Positions 7,781-18,349 of a DNA stretch of 33,119 nucleotides are shown here, one piece after another. Origin of the DNA: Prolixibacteraceae bacterium (lineage in GTDB: Bacteria; Bacteroidota; Bacteroidia; Bacteroidales; Prolixibacteraceae); contig DMFR01000329.1 of NCBI GenBank assembly GCA_003450125.1, positions 36,128-69,246 on the forward strand, given 5' to 3'. The notes below the pieces were generated by a model. It did not search any database. It worked only from the letters and a program-made list of their open reading frames with translations, and had not been told where the DNA came from. Each line of letters begins with the position of its first letter. The stretch's first letter is position 1. The position numbers were made by a program, and so were the translations under genes.

Positions 7781-9648
7781 TGCCCTGTTAGTGTCACTAT
7801 GCCAACTGCATCAGCAGTGACGGTTAATACATCATATTCTGCCATATTGGTATTCAATGCAACTGAAAGTGTCGGTGCATTAACCTGATCTCTTTTCATT
7901 GCTGTGAATTTTAGAGCATGAGGGCAACGATAAGTAATTGCTCCAGCAGCGTCAAATATAAAATGAGCTTCAAAATATTCGGTTCCTGTTGGGATCTGGT
8001 ACAATTGAATCCAGGCAATATCCCCAATCAATCGGGATTCAACCCATCCAGCATTTAATCGAAATTCTGGGTTTTTACCATTATTCCCATCCGCACCATC
8101 TGTTGTAGTAAATACAAAAGTGGTGGCATCCGTGAAGGTGATCTTGAACGTCTTAACCTTTCCGACCGTTGATGTCAATACAATTGAAGCAATACCATTT
8201 CCGGTATTTCCAATCAAACTAGTCAACCATGCTGACTGTGTTCCTGCAAACCCATTATCCAGGGCGACTTGATAAGCCGACTTTCCTTGTATCCCCTGTC
8301 GTCCCTGTGGCCCCGACAATGCTTGCTGCAGACATGCATAATCAATCTGTATCGAGTGCCCACCATAACCGGATGTAACATGGTAAAGCCTAAGATTAAC
8401 GTTTCCCTCGGAGATGTAAGGCGCATGATCAATTACACCTTCCTCAAATTGAGTCATGCCGTTAAGACCGTTAAAAAAGCCGATTGTATTCCACGTTGCT
8501 GTAACGAAGTTATACAGGTCAATCGTGACAAAATGAGAAGAAGTATTCGTATAAGCCAGGTTCAGCAATACCTTGTTAAAATATTCAATCCCTGTAAAGT
8601 TGATCTGTATATTATATCCTGGTGTTGCAGCTAATTCTTGAACATCATATACCTCCGAATCATTGAATGTCAGTATTGAATCAATGTCACCTGAATTAAG
8701 CGTACCAACGAGTAGTTCAATTTCTGATGGAAGGAATGTTTCAACTTCGGGAGCAGCTCCATCATCCCCCTTACGCTTGTACCACAATCCCGCAAAATCC
8801 CCCACAACCGGTGATCCTATCTTCGTATCTGTAGTCAAGATTGCCGCATAAGCCAAAGCGGGGTCGTTGGTAATCGTAAAATCTGAACCCTCTAAATCTG
8901 AGGCGTATGCTTTATAAATATAAGCAGATGCACCATCAGTTCCGGCATTCCCTTTGCGATAATACCACAATCCTTCAAAATCGCTCGCTTCTAATTCCGG
9001 GATATGAGTATCAGTTACTAGGAAGGCAATGTAATTCAATGCCGGGTTAAAGATTGTAGTGAATCCCGTGCCAATAGCATCTGAAGCATAACCAATGTAA
9101 AAATTCATGCCTCCGCTTCCCAGCAAATTCCACTTCTCATTCAACCAATAACTCACCCCTTCATCTTCCTTCGAAAATGTCCAATCTTCCGGAACCACCA
9201 GTTCCCCGCCAACAGTCCGGTGATTATACTTCCCAAATTCTATACCGTTGAAAAACTTAAACAATCCGCTTTTAAACGCCTCCCATACCAAACTCCTGGT
9301 ATCTTCATCCGTTCCATTTCCAAGAGCAGACAACCGATCCGTTGGATCCCATTCAGTATCCGATCCAACTGCAGCAGTCGCATAGGCGCCCATCATCAGC
9401 TCCATAAAAACCTTCGTATTTAATCCATGACCAATGGCAGCTGACCGATTACCCTCAATAAAATGATCTTGACCAATGGCCTGACCAAACTCAACATTAT
9501 CCCCAATACGGTTACGAAGCCATGCACCGGTAGGTCCATCATTCTTTTCACTATACAACGCATAAGCGGTCCTCCACAGCGAGTCAATCAACTCCCGCAT
9601 GTTCGGATCCCTCATAAACATTCTCTTTAGCTCCTGTCTCGATTTCAT
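7771..9648 (-). CDS. Tail fibre protein (YadA-like head segment, duplicated domain, collagen-like repeat); start reassigned to 9648
   Basis: GPQGRQGIQGKSAYQVA collagen/phage-fibre motif; two YASD...GLWYxRKG repeats; ALGNGTDEDTRS motif. The ATG at 9657 lies inside a REP. Confidence 0.75.
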   Translation of the reverse strand: MKSRQELKRMFMRDPNMRELIDSLWRTAYALYSEKNDGPTGAWLRNRIGDNVEFGQAIGQDHFIEGNRSAAIGHGLNTKVFMELMMGAYATAAVGSDTEWDPTDRLSALGNGTDEDTRSLVWEAFKSGLFKFFNGIEFGKYNHRTVGGELVVPEDWTFSKEDEGVSYWLNEKWNLLGSGGMNFYIGYASDAIGTGFTTIFNPALNYIAFLVTDTHIPELEASDFEGLWYYRKGNAGTDGASAYIYKAYASDLEGSDFTITNDPALAYAAILTTDTKIGSPVVGDFAGLWYKRKGDDGAAPEVETFLPSEIELLVGTLNSGDIDSILTFNDSEVYDVQELAATPGYNIQINFTGIEYFNKVLLNLAYTNTSSHFVTIDLYNFVTATWNTIGFFNGLNGMTQFEEGVIDHAPYISEGNVNLRLYHVTSGYGGHSIQIDYACLQQALSGPQGRQGIQGKSAYQVALDNGFAGTQSAWLTSLIGNTGNGIASIVLTSTVGKVKTFKITFTDATTFVFTTTDGADGNNGKNPEFRLNAGWVESRLIGDIAWIQLYQIPTGTEYFEAHFIFDAAGAITYRCPHALKFTAMKRDQVNAPTLSVALNTNMAEYDVLTVTADAVGIVTLTGQWL

Positions 9649-9652
9649 TTTT

Positions 9653-9677
9653 GTCATCCCGAACTTGTTTCGGGACC
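9653..9677 (+). repeat. GTCATCCCGAAC-type REP-like palindrome, copy 1
   Basis: GTCATCCCGAACTTGTTTCGGGAC; also at 18313 and 24009. Confidence 0.8.
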
Positions 9678-9790
9678 TCCTATTATTAACCGTTTATTTT
9701 TTTAACGACCTTAATCTCCTTAAGGCCCTTATTTTTTAAAAATCATCATAATCAAATAGATCACCAAAATCATAGTTCAGACTTCAGCGG

Positions 9791-11326
9791 TTAAAAGTAC
9801 GCCTCCACCACCTTCAAATCCATCTCCTGGTTCCCCTTCATTGAATCCTTCATCACATATTCCCCCGACTCTATCACCACCGGTATCAATCCCCACCAGT
9901 TACCAGGCGTCCTGTCCGGATCCCATAACCAGCGCTCTTTCGATTCCAGGAAGTCACGCATAGCCCACAGCTCATCCCTTGTCTTAAAACCCGTATTGAT
10001 CTCAAACTTACGCTGCCCGGTTGATGAAATGGTAATCTGGCTGGCCACCATGCTGCCCGATCCTTGCGGTACCGGCAAATAAGCAGTTTCCGATTCCGTT
10101 GTTAATCCTTCCGAAAATTCGCCCGTCAGCCAAATCGATTCAACGCAAGAAAATGGGTTCCGGTAATAAAAGAAAAAAGGTGACTCATAATACTTGTTAT
10201 AAACCACAAATCTTCTACGCTCCGAGATATCACCGTCAGCATCCGACAACCAAAAGGTGTAGGCCGTTACCACCGTTTCTGCTGGCATTGTAGCTGGATT
10301 ATTAAAACCCATCAAAGCAGGTGTTATATTGAATTCAATCAATCCCGCATCTGGCATAATGATAAAATCTTCCGTATATATATAATCCCCAAAGTTAGAA
10401 CTGTTCTCAGCTACAAAGTTCAGTTTAGCCGCATGTAGTGAAGGCCACCGGCCCATAAACCACAATTTTACAACCTGTATAGGTGATACCTTTTGATTGT
10501 TGGGAAGATGGGTTAAAAACTTCCCTGCTTTAATGTAAGCCTCGTTGAAAGTCATTTGCAGGTCGTTCAGCTGGCCCAGCTCATACGGCCTAAGTTTGCC
10601 ATTGATCACCTTGATCTGTACCCCTGACAATTCACCCGCCCAACTCTCCTGCCTTATTCCATTAGCATCATTATATACTTCACCCGTAGTTAATGTAACA
10701 ACCCTGGCAAGTGCCGGGTGTGGAACGATCTTGTCCAATGGCGGGTTTTGAAATTCAACATCAATCGGTTGATTCACCAGCCCTGAAATATTGAATTTAG
10801 ATTCCTTGGTAACTGAATTTGGAGGTATTTCTTCGACAAAAGGACTGCCCATCAAACTGTCACATTCAACCTGAAGAGCCAGCCGGTAATTATCCTTTCC
10901 ATTCATCTGAAGCTGGGTAGTTGATAAAGTAACCTGTATGGGGTTTCCTGATAACTGAACGTTTCCTCCAGGAATAGGTCCGCTCCCAAAATCTTCGCCT
11001 CCACTTCCTGAAATCTGGATCTCATGCGATACATCCCAGCTCTCTTCAAGATGCATGTCGTTTAAGCTATCATTATAACTTAATCCGGCTTCAATGCTCA
11101 TGTTATACGATCCCAATGCAGGATCAAAACTCATCCATGCCTCGTTACCAGCAAACGGCCCGGGAAGTGAAAGAGTCCATTGATCTTCCGTATCACTTAG
11201 GTTGGTAAACCGCAAGCTCAACGTGTAATTCTCCGCACCCTCTGGCGCCGCCGGAATACCCGTCACATGTACCTCTATACTATTCCCCGAAAGCTGAATA
11301 TTTCCCCCCGAAACCACGAATTCCAT
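9791..11326 (-). CDS. Phage tail/baseplate protein (distal-tail-like)
   Basis: Lies between the hub-like gene and the fibres. C-terminal YRNPFSCVESIWLTG...NTGF...DFLESKERW resembles Bacteroidota phage tail proteins. Confidence 0.65.
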   Translation of the reverse strand: MEFVVSGGNIQLSGNSIEVHVTGIPAAPEGAENYTLSLRFTNLSDTEDQWTLSLPGPFAGNEAWMSFDPALGSYNMSIEAGLSYNDSLNDMHLEESWDVSHEIQISGSGGEDFGSGPIPGGNVQLSGNPIQVTLSTTQLQMNGKDNYRLALQVECDSLMGSPFVEEIPPNSVTKESKFNISGLVNQPIDVEFQNPPLDKIVPHPALARVVTLTTGEVYNDANGIRQESWAGELSGVQIKVINGKLRPYELGQLNDLQMTFNEAYIKAGKFLTHLPNNQKVSPIQVVKLWFMGRWPSLHAAKLNFVAENSSNFGDYIYTEDFIIMPDAGLIEFNITPALMGFNNPATMPAETVVTAYTFWLSDADGDISERRRFVVYNKYYESPFFFYYRNPFSCVESIWLTGEFSEGLTTESETAYLPVPQGSGSMVASQITISSTGQRKFEINTGFKTRDELWAMRDFLESKERWLWDPDRTPGNWWGLIPVVIESGEYVMKDSMKGNQEMDLKVVEAYF

Positions 11327-11347
11327 AGCTGTCTTATTTTAATGAAC

Positions 11348-11383
11348 GAAATATACCCATCCCCCAACTTCTACCAAAGGACA
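11348..11383 (-). promoter_or_regulatory. Putative phage late promoter (TGTCCTTT-N20-TATATTTC)
   Basis: Same architecture, 21 nt upstream of the ATG at 11326. Confidence 0.7.
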
Positions 11384-11396
11384 ATTTGTGCTGGCA

Positions 11397-11422
11397 GTAC
11401 GGGCAGACCTATGTGTCTGCCC
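11397..11422 (+). repeat. REP-like palindrome, copy 3, with compensatory change
   Basis: GGGCAGAC/GTCTGCCC in place of GGGCAAAC/GTTTGCCC. Confidence 0.8.
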
Positions 11423-11463
11423 CTTTAATCTCCTTAATGCCTTAATCTCCTTAATCCTAATCT

Positions 11464-13407
11464 TTACTCCACCTTAAACCCATCCACCTGAGTCCTCCCA
11501 ATCCTATCCTCATAAACCACGCATTTCATCTCTTCAATCAAAAACTCCCCATCATTGGTCCTGAACTTTCGGCAGATGTTATAAATCACATGCCTTAATA
11601 CATTTACCGGCAAATCAAACTCTCCTGATACCGGAAGTCTGTTGGCCCAAAACGGATTCCATCGCTTCCAGTATTTCGGTAGGATCCCCGTAACAGGCTT
11701 TTCATACTCAAAGGATAAATCATCCGTTTCATGAGCTCCGTAAGCGCCTTCCTGGTAGATCATCAACCGCGGTGAAAATGCTTGCTGTTCGGCTCTCCAT
11801 GCATTCATATTTCCCGGCTGTTGTACAATGGCCCTTCTAATACCTTCCCCCAGCGAAACGCCCCAGCACGAACTCCACAAGGTCTTTATCTCTTCAAATT
11901 CTTCACGCCCGAATTCATACCATCCATCCTGGTACCCGATGGAAACAACGGCCCATCCCAATACATCCTTTGAATTGTCCTTATTGTTCTCGTTAAGTTT
12001 GGTCTGCGTAATCCATTTATACTCATAAAAGCTGCCAACTTCTGTCACATAGCGAATATCTCCCTCCTTCGGATCTGCTACAATAGTTAACAGGGTGAAA
12101 TTTGGCACAGGGGCTTTGATGTCCTTCCTCCGGTCACTCAAATCCTTGTATCCAGACGAAAATACCAGGTCATTCCCATCATGTTCACGGCTGAATTTTA
12201 ACGCTACACATTTCTTCTCCCCAATCGACCATGTACCAATGAAATAGCGGTCTAAATCAATGGAATCTTGTGCCATGACCGTTTCACGAGATATGATCCG
12301 GTAAGTTTTGTTGGGTAAAAAATGAAAAACAACATTGAAAAGGTTTTGAACACCAATCAGCAGATCACCTAAACTCATCTTTGGCAAATGGTTTTTAATC
12401 CATACATTCCCATCATAATCACGGTTATAGGAATATACTTCCGTACCAATTGACTTGGTTTCATAATAGACACCCAAATCACCCGTTGCCGGATCAACTC
12501 CATACCGGGGAACGCTTTCTTCAGTATAGACAGTCCCCGTTAAATCAAATAACATACGGGTAATGTCATAATTATTATAAATACACAATTTCTTTAAAAC
12601 AGCATCATCCGAAATACAATTTTCGATACAATGAAAATCATTGGCCCTCAATGATTCCTCAATAATATAATTCAGAAAAAAATAAGGCGTAACAACCATG
12701 GCACGGCCAGCCTCATAAGTATTGCCCGATTGTGGCGTTACCTGTGAAAGATCAATGGTCGTTGGATTGGCTTTAATCGGACCATTGAGGCTCGTTTCTC
12801 CTGCTTCACGGGCATTAATCAACGATCCGTTTTCTTTGCGAAAACAATACTTTATAATTTCAGTGTCGTAAGTGGCATCCTTATTTTTCCCCGCATGATC
12901 TGGATCCGGAACACGTTCAGTCCTTTCTACCACCATTCCCTTTCCATCGAAAAAATTAGAATTCTGTACCGGGAAACAACAATACGGAACATCTGCTGGT
13001 AAATAACTCTCTCTGTTTTGCCAAGGAATAGCCACGGCAAACTTCTCAACATCCAGTATATATTTAAGCTGTTCCTTCTCTCCCAATACGCCTACCTGGT
13101 CAGCTAGCGAACACTCATACGTATCATTCGATGTGTTGGTAATGGTCAATGTGCCCGACATATTCAACACCCCATCAATACGGATCTCGAAGCCTGGGAA
13201 AATAACCTTGGATCCCAATCTTCGCTTGGTAAATCGCTCCGGGTTTCCAAACAACATGCGGGTATATTCGTTGATCGAAAAGCTAATCCCCAATGCATAA
13301 CCGCTCGGTATCTTTTCAAAATTAGTCACCGGACTCTTCCACGTCAACTCCGTCGAAAATCCCTTTGGCAGCGGAATCACATTCCCATTCAATGTCAATG
13401 TCAACAT
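11464..13407 (-). CDS. Phage tail protein (baseplate hub / minor tail)
   Basis: Long ORF directly after the tape measure gene; beta-rich N-terminus typical of tail hub proteins. Confidence 0.65.
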   Translation of the reverse strand: MLTLTLNGNVIPLPKGFSTELTWKSPVTNFEKIPSGYALGISFSINEYTRMLFGNPERFTKRRLGSKVIFPGFEIRIDGVLNMSGTLTITNTSNDTYECSLADQVGVLGEKEQLKYILDVEKFAVAIPWQNRESYLPADVPYCCFPVQNSNFFDGKGMVVERTERVPDPDHAGKNKDATYDTEIIKYCFRKENGSLINAREAGETSLNGPIKANPTTIDLSQVTPQSGNTYEAGRAMVVTPYFFLNYIIEESLRANDFHCIENCISDDAVLKKLCIYNNYDITRMLFDLTGTVYTEESVPRYGVDPATGDLGVYYETKSIGTEVYSYNRDYDGNVWIKNHLPKMSLGDLLIGVQNLFNVVFHFLPNKTYRIISRETVMAQDSIDLDRYFIGTWSIGEKKCVALKFSREHDGNDLVFSSGYKDLSDRRKDIKAPVPNFTLLTIVADPKEGDIRYVTEVGSFYEYKWITQTKLNENNKDNSKDVLGWAVVSIGYQDGWYEFGREEFEEIKTLWSSCWGVSLGEGIRRAIVQQPGNMNAWRAEQQAFSPRLMIYQEGAYGAHETDDLSFEYEKPVTGILPKYWKRWNPFWANRLPVSGEFDLPVNVLRHVIYNICRKFRTNDGEFLIEEMKCVVYEDRIGRTQVDGFKVE

Positions 13408-13419
13408 ATCGCCTTTTTT

Positions 13420-13552
13420 AAATCGTTAATCGTTAATCCTTAATCGTTAATCGTTAATCATTGCCCGTCATTGCAATTCCCGTCATTGCGAGGAACGAAG
13501 CAATCTCTCCTTAATCTCCCCATCTCCCTTTCTCCCCATCTCCCTTTCTCCT
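13420..13552. repeat. Intergenic repeat mosaic: AATCGTT 7-mers, CGTC-type REP (13481-13505) and TCTCCCnn 8-mers
   Basis: Three different repeat types lie side by side in the sequence. Confidence 0.75.
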
Positions 13553-16500
13553 TATTTCCCCGTCTTTATACCCCCGCCTGTTACCTTCTTATAATTCGAA
13601 TACCCATCATCAAAATCTTTGAAAACTACCGGTGGCCTGTATTCCATAAATGCCTCAATTGCCAATCTCAAATTCCTCACATCCTGCACCGTCATCCCCT
13701 GATAGCTACCACCATTAAACTCCTTAGAGTCCTTAAATGCCTTAAAGTCCTTCCCCTCTTTCCCCGGATACCTTCCCCCCGCATATTGCGGCACTCGCAT
13801 GGCCATGATCGACTGTATCATCCCTGGTGCATTCATCTGCATGTTTCTCAATGTCGGATAATCGATCACCATTTCCGGACGCTCTGCAATCAACGTAGGC
13901 TCTCCATAAATACCCGTCCCGGCACGCGGTATAAATCTTGCGTTATAAGTCCTCCCATCATCTGCTCCAACAACCGGGTAAATCCCCTTTGCGGCCTGTT
14001 TAGTATAACTTGGCTGACCGCTTGACCCACTACTTGTGCTGCTATTACTTGTATTCCATGTCCCTAGCACCGCTTTTGCAGCACCGTAGGCCACTTCAAT
14101 CAATCCCATATAGATGGCAGCGGTCGGAATACCAACAGCGCCCTTTGTGGCAATTTCCCTTGCAAGAATAACTGCTTCCCATGCCATGATAGCCGCGTGC
14201 GCTGCATCCAGTACCGTTTCAATCAAAGTCTTTAATATGGCCTCGTTGGTTTTTTGCGTATCATCAAAGAGCAATCCAATGGCTGATCCAACACCCTGCC
14301 CGATCTGCTGGGCCAACCCAACCACAAATTCGCCCTGGGCAAAGGCATCCATCTGCTCCTGGGTAAACTGCTCCTTCAGCATTCGAAGCTCTTTCTGTGC
14401 ATGAGTCTCAGCGTTCTTGTCCATCTTAGCGTAATACTTCTTTCGTATGGCCATGATGTTTTCCTGAATTTGCGCTTCTGTCATGCCCAGCTGTATGCCC
14501 CTTGTTTTGGCCAATGCAATCTCTGCATCCATAGCCTCAATATCTATATCTCCGGCTTTCCGGTTCCATTGTACCAACGCTTTCTGGTATTCATCCTGAA
14601 GGGCCTTTTTACGGTCCAAATATTCCTGCTCCTTAATTTCGCCTTCAGTATATTGAAATTCTAGGAAGGTCATACGTTCAGCAAAACTCATCGTATTATT
14701 ATCCAGCTCCTTGTCAATATATTTCAGGTTGATATCATACATCTTATTCATATGGTTCTTGCTCTCCAGCTCAATGGCTTCATCAATCTTTGAGCGGTCC
14801 ATACCCGACTTCTCATACTCCGCGATCAAATCAGCCGACCGGTTCATCTCTTCCGCCAAATCCTTGTCCCTGCCTTCTGCCATCGACTCAATACGAAGCT
14901 TATCCATGTCAAATAGCTTCTTCTCAATCTTATCCTGCTCTTTGACTTCCTTTAAACCCGCATCCCTTCTGGCCTTCGCATTCTCTGCCAACTGCAACTG
15001 CAATCCCTCCAAGTCACCTTTCGTCCCATCACTGTCCCCATACCTTTTTTGAATATCGATCTTCTCCAATATAAATTCCTTCTCTGAATCCAACTCAGCT
15101 ATTTTGAATTTATCATCGGTCATCTTCCGATTATTCAATGCCGTTTTTCTGATCGTATTCTTGATCTCCGCATTCTTCATAGCAGCCTTAAACTCATCCT
15201 CACTCATCCGCGCCTTGGGCTGATCCAATGGACCACCTGAGCTCTCTCCACCAAGCGTTGAAGGTGTCTGTAAATAACCAGCCATGAATTCATCAAGCTT
15301 TTTCTTTTTCTTTAACTGATCTTGAAGTAAATCAACAACCATCCTTGTTGATTGTCCCATATAATCATTGATCCCCCAATCTGATATAAATTTATCCATA
15401 TAGGCATATATATCTGATCTCTCACCTGATATACTTCCGCTCAAAACTTTTGATTGATAGGCATCCATCTGAGCTGTTGCAGCACCAGCAGCCTGTGAAC
15501 CACTTTTCTTCTCTATTTTATCTGTAAGAAGTGCAATTGCTTGCTGTCTCTTTTTAGTATCTTCTGCCGCTATTTCATCAAAAGCAGAATTTTTATATTT
15601 TAATGCAATACTGTTAGAAAGCGCCTCATTTGCTTTTAATTGTGCTGCTTCAATAGCATTCAAATTATCCGCTTCTGTCAACATCTTAGGCAAATAAGTG
15701 CCGTATTGTTCATTGATAGTTTTAATAAGTTGTGCCCGCTTCTCAGTCCCTTCACCCGATTTTTTTAACTCTTCAAATAAACCATTTAACCCACCAAGCA
15801 TTTTCACCATGTCTGCTGACATTTCATCCATAGCCTCTTTCATTTTGTCGGTCTTAGCCGTGAAAAACATGAACGCGGCTGCCGCTACCCCGATAATAGC
15901 GATAAACAGTGCCATCGGGTTCACGGCCATCGTTGCCCACAATTGACGTAGGGCTACAATGGCGCCTTTAATCCCATGTCGCTGCCATGCAACAAGTACT
16001 ATATTATTGGCAATGGTAGCCTTAACCGAATCCCATAACCCTTTTACAAGTAACACATTTGCTTTCCATACTCCGGTAATCCAAATTGCAATAGAATTAC
16101 TCTTCCATGCCGCATACAAGGGAATAAGTGCCCCAATTTGTCTGCCATGCAGAATAATCCATTTGGTTAAATCCCGGAGCATGTATAATAAATCAACCCA
16201 TAACTTATATACGTTGTAAATCGATGACTTTAACGCTAAGTTATATTCCGTACCCAGCGCATTTACCCGCTTCTTTTGAAGGTCAATAGCTGCCTGGTAA
16301 TCTTCCAGCGTAATCAAAAACTCTCCCATTACTGAGTCTGAACTGGCAAACGCTCTCTTGGCGATATCCTGCTGAACTTTCAACACATCAATATTCTTTG
16401 CCAGGGCCGAATAAACTTCCGCTACACGTACTCCGGAAACTTCAAAATCTCCCATGCTCTTTACCACATCGATGATACTCTTATCTCCCTTGGCCGTTAG

Positions 16501-17697
16501 CTCAATCAGCTTGATAAATGTGCCATTGATATCCGTTTCAACCATGCGCTTGTATTCGTCAGTGGTCACACCCAGTATCCTGCTGAACTTGTCTGAGTAT
16601 TTACCCAATCCTCCAATGATGTTACGTAATGCTGTCGATCCACGCTCTGCAGGAATGTTCACGCTCTCCAGCGTTGCACCCAATCCGGCAATAGCCTCGA
16701 TAGGGTAATTGGCCGAAGTTCCCAGCGAGCTGAGCCTGGTCATGTATTCCAAAATGGTACCCGCACTGGCAACACTTGCCTTATCAAGCTCATTGAGCAA
16801 TGATCCCGTTCTTAACAATGCTTCATCAATGGGCATCTTATCCGTTACCCTGAAGGCATTAACCAGCTTTCCTACCTTAGTGGCAGTCTCTTCAACCGTC
16901 GTATTCAAATCTTCTCCAAGTGCTATCTGCAAAATATCAACCGCCCCGGTAAACTTCTCAATATCTGCAAATCCTTTAATACCTAACATACCCGCTATAC
17001 GCGCAATATCCATCAAGTCATCGCTGCTGGTTGGAGTAACCATCTGATCAAAATCACGCCTTAGTTTATAAGCTTCTTCTCTTAGTAACCCTGACGTTTT
17101 CATTACCCCCGATATCTTACGGTCTAAAAACCCAGCTCGTTCAGCAATCTTGCCAATCAAATTACCGATGGCATAAGTAATGATGCTGATCCAGCCAATA
17201 GCTGCTGAATATTTGTTGGCCTCACGTGCCATTCTACTCCATGCCTGGCTTAATCTTCCGGCGCCCGTAGTGATGGTAGTGATTCTTACATTGGTCTGTT
17301 CAATCTCCCTTCTTAACCGCTTGATGATACCCGGATCTGTGGCATTCATCAGCATAGTCTTTAATACCTTCAGGTGCGAATTCAATTGATTGACCGTCAT
17401 ACCAGCCAATCCAATCTCTTTACGCATCTGCATCATCGCCTGGTAATTCGATTGTATCTGAGCGTTTAGCGTCCTGATCTTAGAGTTGATCGCATCCAGC
17501 TTGTTGGCATAATCCGCCTCCGTCTTGTTAAGCCTCCGCTTATCCAACTCATATTCCTGCACCTTCAGTTGAAGCTTTCTAGTCTCCTGGTCCAGTTTAT
17601 ACAACGCCGACAATGACTCCTTGCTCCCCTTCTGAAGCTTGTCACCATTCAAAATCAAGTTCAACGTCAAATCCTCATTGTAAATCTTCTTATTCAT
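13552..17697 (-). CDS. Phage tail tape measure protein
   Basis: 1381 aa and helical, with a TP901-type TMP core (LMDIARIAGMLGIKG, ERGSTALRNI), central TM segments and a C-terminal GEPTLIAERPEMVI motif. Confidence 0.92.
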   Translation of the reverse strand: MNKKIYNEDLTLNLILNGDKLQKGSKESLSALYKLDQETRKLQLKVQEYELDKRRLNKTEADYANKLDAINSKIRTLNAQIQSNYQAMMQMRKEIGLAGMTVNQLNSHLKVLKTMLMNATDPGIIKRLRREIEQTNVRITTITTGAGRLSQAWSRMAREANKYSAAIGWISIITYAIGNLIGKIAERAGFLDRKISGVMKTSGLLREEAYKLRRDFDQMVTPTSSDDLMDIARIAGMLGIKGFADIEKFTGAVDILQIALGEDLNTTVEETATKVGKLVNAFRVTDKMPIDEALLRTGSLLNELDKASVASAGTILEYMTRLSSLGTSANYPIEAIAGLGATLESVNIPAERGSTALRNIIGGLGKYSDKFSRILGVTTDEYKRMVETDINGTFIKLIELTAKGDKSIIDVVKSMGDFEVSGVRVAEVYSALAKNIDVLKVQQDIAKRAFASSDSVMGEFLITLEDYQAAIDLQKKRVNALGTEYNLALKSSIYNVYKLWVDLLYMLRDLTKWIILHGRQIGALIPLYAAWKSNSIAIWITGVWKANVLLVKGLWDSVKATIANNIVLVAWQRHGIKGAIVALRQLWATMAVNPMALFIAIIGVAAAAFMFFTAKTDKMKEAMDEMSADMVKMLGGLNGLFEELKKSGEGTEKRAQLIKTINEQYGTYLPKMLTEADNLNAIEAAQLKANEALSNSIALKYKNSAFDEIAAEDTKKRQQAIALLTDKIEKKSGSQAAGAATAQMDAYQSKVLSGSISGERSDIYAYMDKFISDWGINDYMGQSTRMVVDLLQDQLKKKKKLDEFMAGYLQTPSTLGGESSGGPLDQPKARMSEDEFKAAMKNAEIKNTIRKTALNNRKMTDDKFKIAELDSEKEFILEKIDIQKRYGDSDGTKGDLEGLQLQLAENAKARRDAGLKEVKEQDKIEKKLFDMDKLRIESMAEGRDKDLAEEMNRSADLIAEYEKSGMDRSKIDEAIELESKNHMNKMYDINLKYIDKELDNNTMSFAERMTFLEFQYTEGEIKEQEYLDRKKALQDEYQKALVQWNRKAGDIDIEAMDAEIALAKTRGIQLGMTEAQIQENIMAIRKKYYAKMDKNAETHAQKELRMLKEQFTQEQMDAFAQGEFVVGLAQQIGQGVGSAIGLLFDDTQKTNEAILKTLIETVLDAAHAAIMAWEAVILAREIATKGAVGIPTAAIYMGLIEVAYGAAKAVLGTWNTSNSSTSSGSSGQPSYTKQAAKGIYPVVGADDGRTYNARFIPRAGTGIYGEPTLIAERPEMVIDYPTLRNMQMNAPGMIQSIMAMRVPQYAGGRYPGKEGKDFKAFKDSKEFNGGSYQGMTVQDVRNLRLAIEAFMEYRPPVVFKDFDDGYSNYKKVTGGGIKTGK

Positions 17698-17799
17698 GGC
17701 TTGCTATTTTTTAAGCTCCTTAAACTCCTTAAAGTCCTTAATGACTTTATTTTTCAATCATTTTCAATCACATAAATCCTATAAATCACAGTTCAGACT

Positions 17800-18207
17800 T
17801 CACCTGTTATTAAACATCTCCACCACTTCCGCCCTCAGCTCGTGCATCAGCCGGTAAGTGATCGGGTTCAATCTTCCAAAAATGATCTTGTTATGAATAT
17901 TGCGCCCTTTCTTGCGCGTAATCCGGTCCCTGTCATCAAATGACTTGTTCACTTTTCGCATGATAATCCGGTCTTTCTTCATATCCAGGAAGCGCTCATA
18001 ATCCGGATGAACCAACGCCCCAGTAACCTTCATCCCTGACTCCGAAACTCCATATTTCCGGTTCCCGTGCTCATTACGAAGCGTTCCACTTACCCTGTTG
18101 GTTCTCATCCTGATCACCCGGTCCTGAATATCCTCAAACTCACGCCATTCGTCATCCATAATGGACTTCGCAAAACGCATACTTATTCGATCCATTCCTC
18201 TGCTCAT
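17800..18207 (-). CDS. Phage structural protein (tail-completion-like); start reassigned to 18207
   Basis: Basic protein with SGTL and YERFLDMK...IHNKIIFG, upstream of the TMP. The ATG is 3 nt after the late -7 box. Confidence 0.65.
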   Translation of the reverse strand: MSRGMDRISMRFAKSIMDDEWREFEDIQDRVIRMRTNRVSGTLRNEHGNRKYGVSESGMKVTGALVHPDYERFLDMKKDRIIMRKVNKSFDDRDRITRKKGRNIHNKIIFGRLNPITYRLMHELRAEVVEMFNNR

Positions 18208-18210
18208 TCC

Positions 18211-18246
18211 CAAATCTAAACCTTTCCCCACCTTCCCGAAAGGACA
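18211..18246 (-). promoter_or_regulatory. Putative phage late promoter (TGTCCTTT-N20-TAGATTTG)
   Basis: Perfect TAnnTTTG box; restarts transcription after the accessory block. Confidence 0.75.
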
Positions 18247-18278
18247 AAAAAAACGCCCCCGGATCTCTCCGGAGGCGT
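18246..18278 (-). terminator. Rho-independent terminator closing the KilA-N operon
   Basis: Minus-strand ACGCCTCCGGA-GAGA-TCCGGGGGCGT followed by a T tract. Confidence 0.8.
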
Positions 18279-18312
18279 CGCCCCTATTTGCAGGATCTAA
18301 TCCCTGCGATCT

Positions 18313-18337
18313 GTCATCCCGAACTTGTTTCGGGATC
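18313..18337 (+). repeat. GTCATCCCGAAC-type REP-like palindrome, copy 2
   Basis: GTCATCCCGAACTTGTTTCGGGATC. Confidence 0.8.
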
Positions 18338-18349
18338 CCCCTATATTTT

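Noticed and set aside
13471..17389. Numerous plus-strand ORFs antisense to the tape measure gene (and similar ones opposite other long genes)
   Set aside because: Shadow ORFs of real minus-strand genes.
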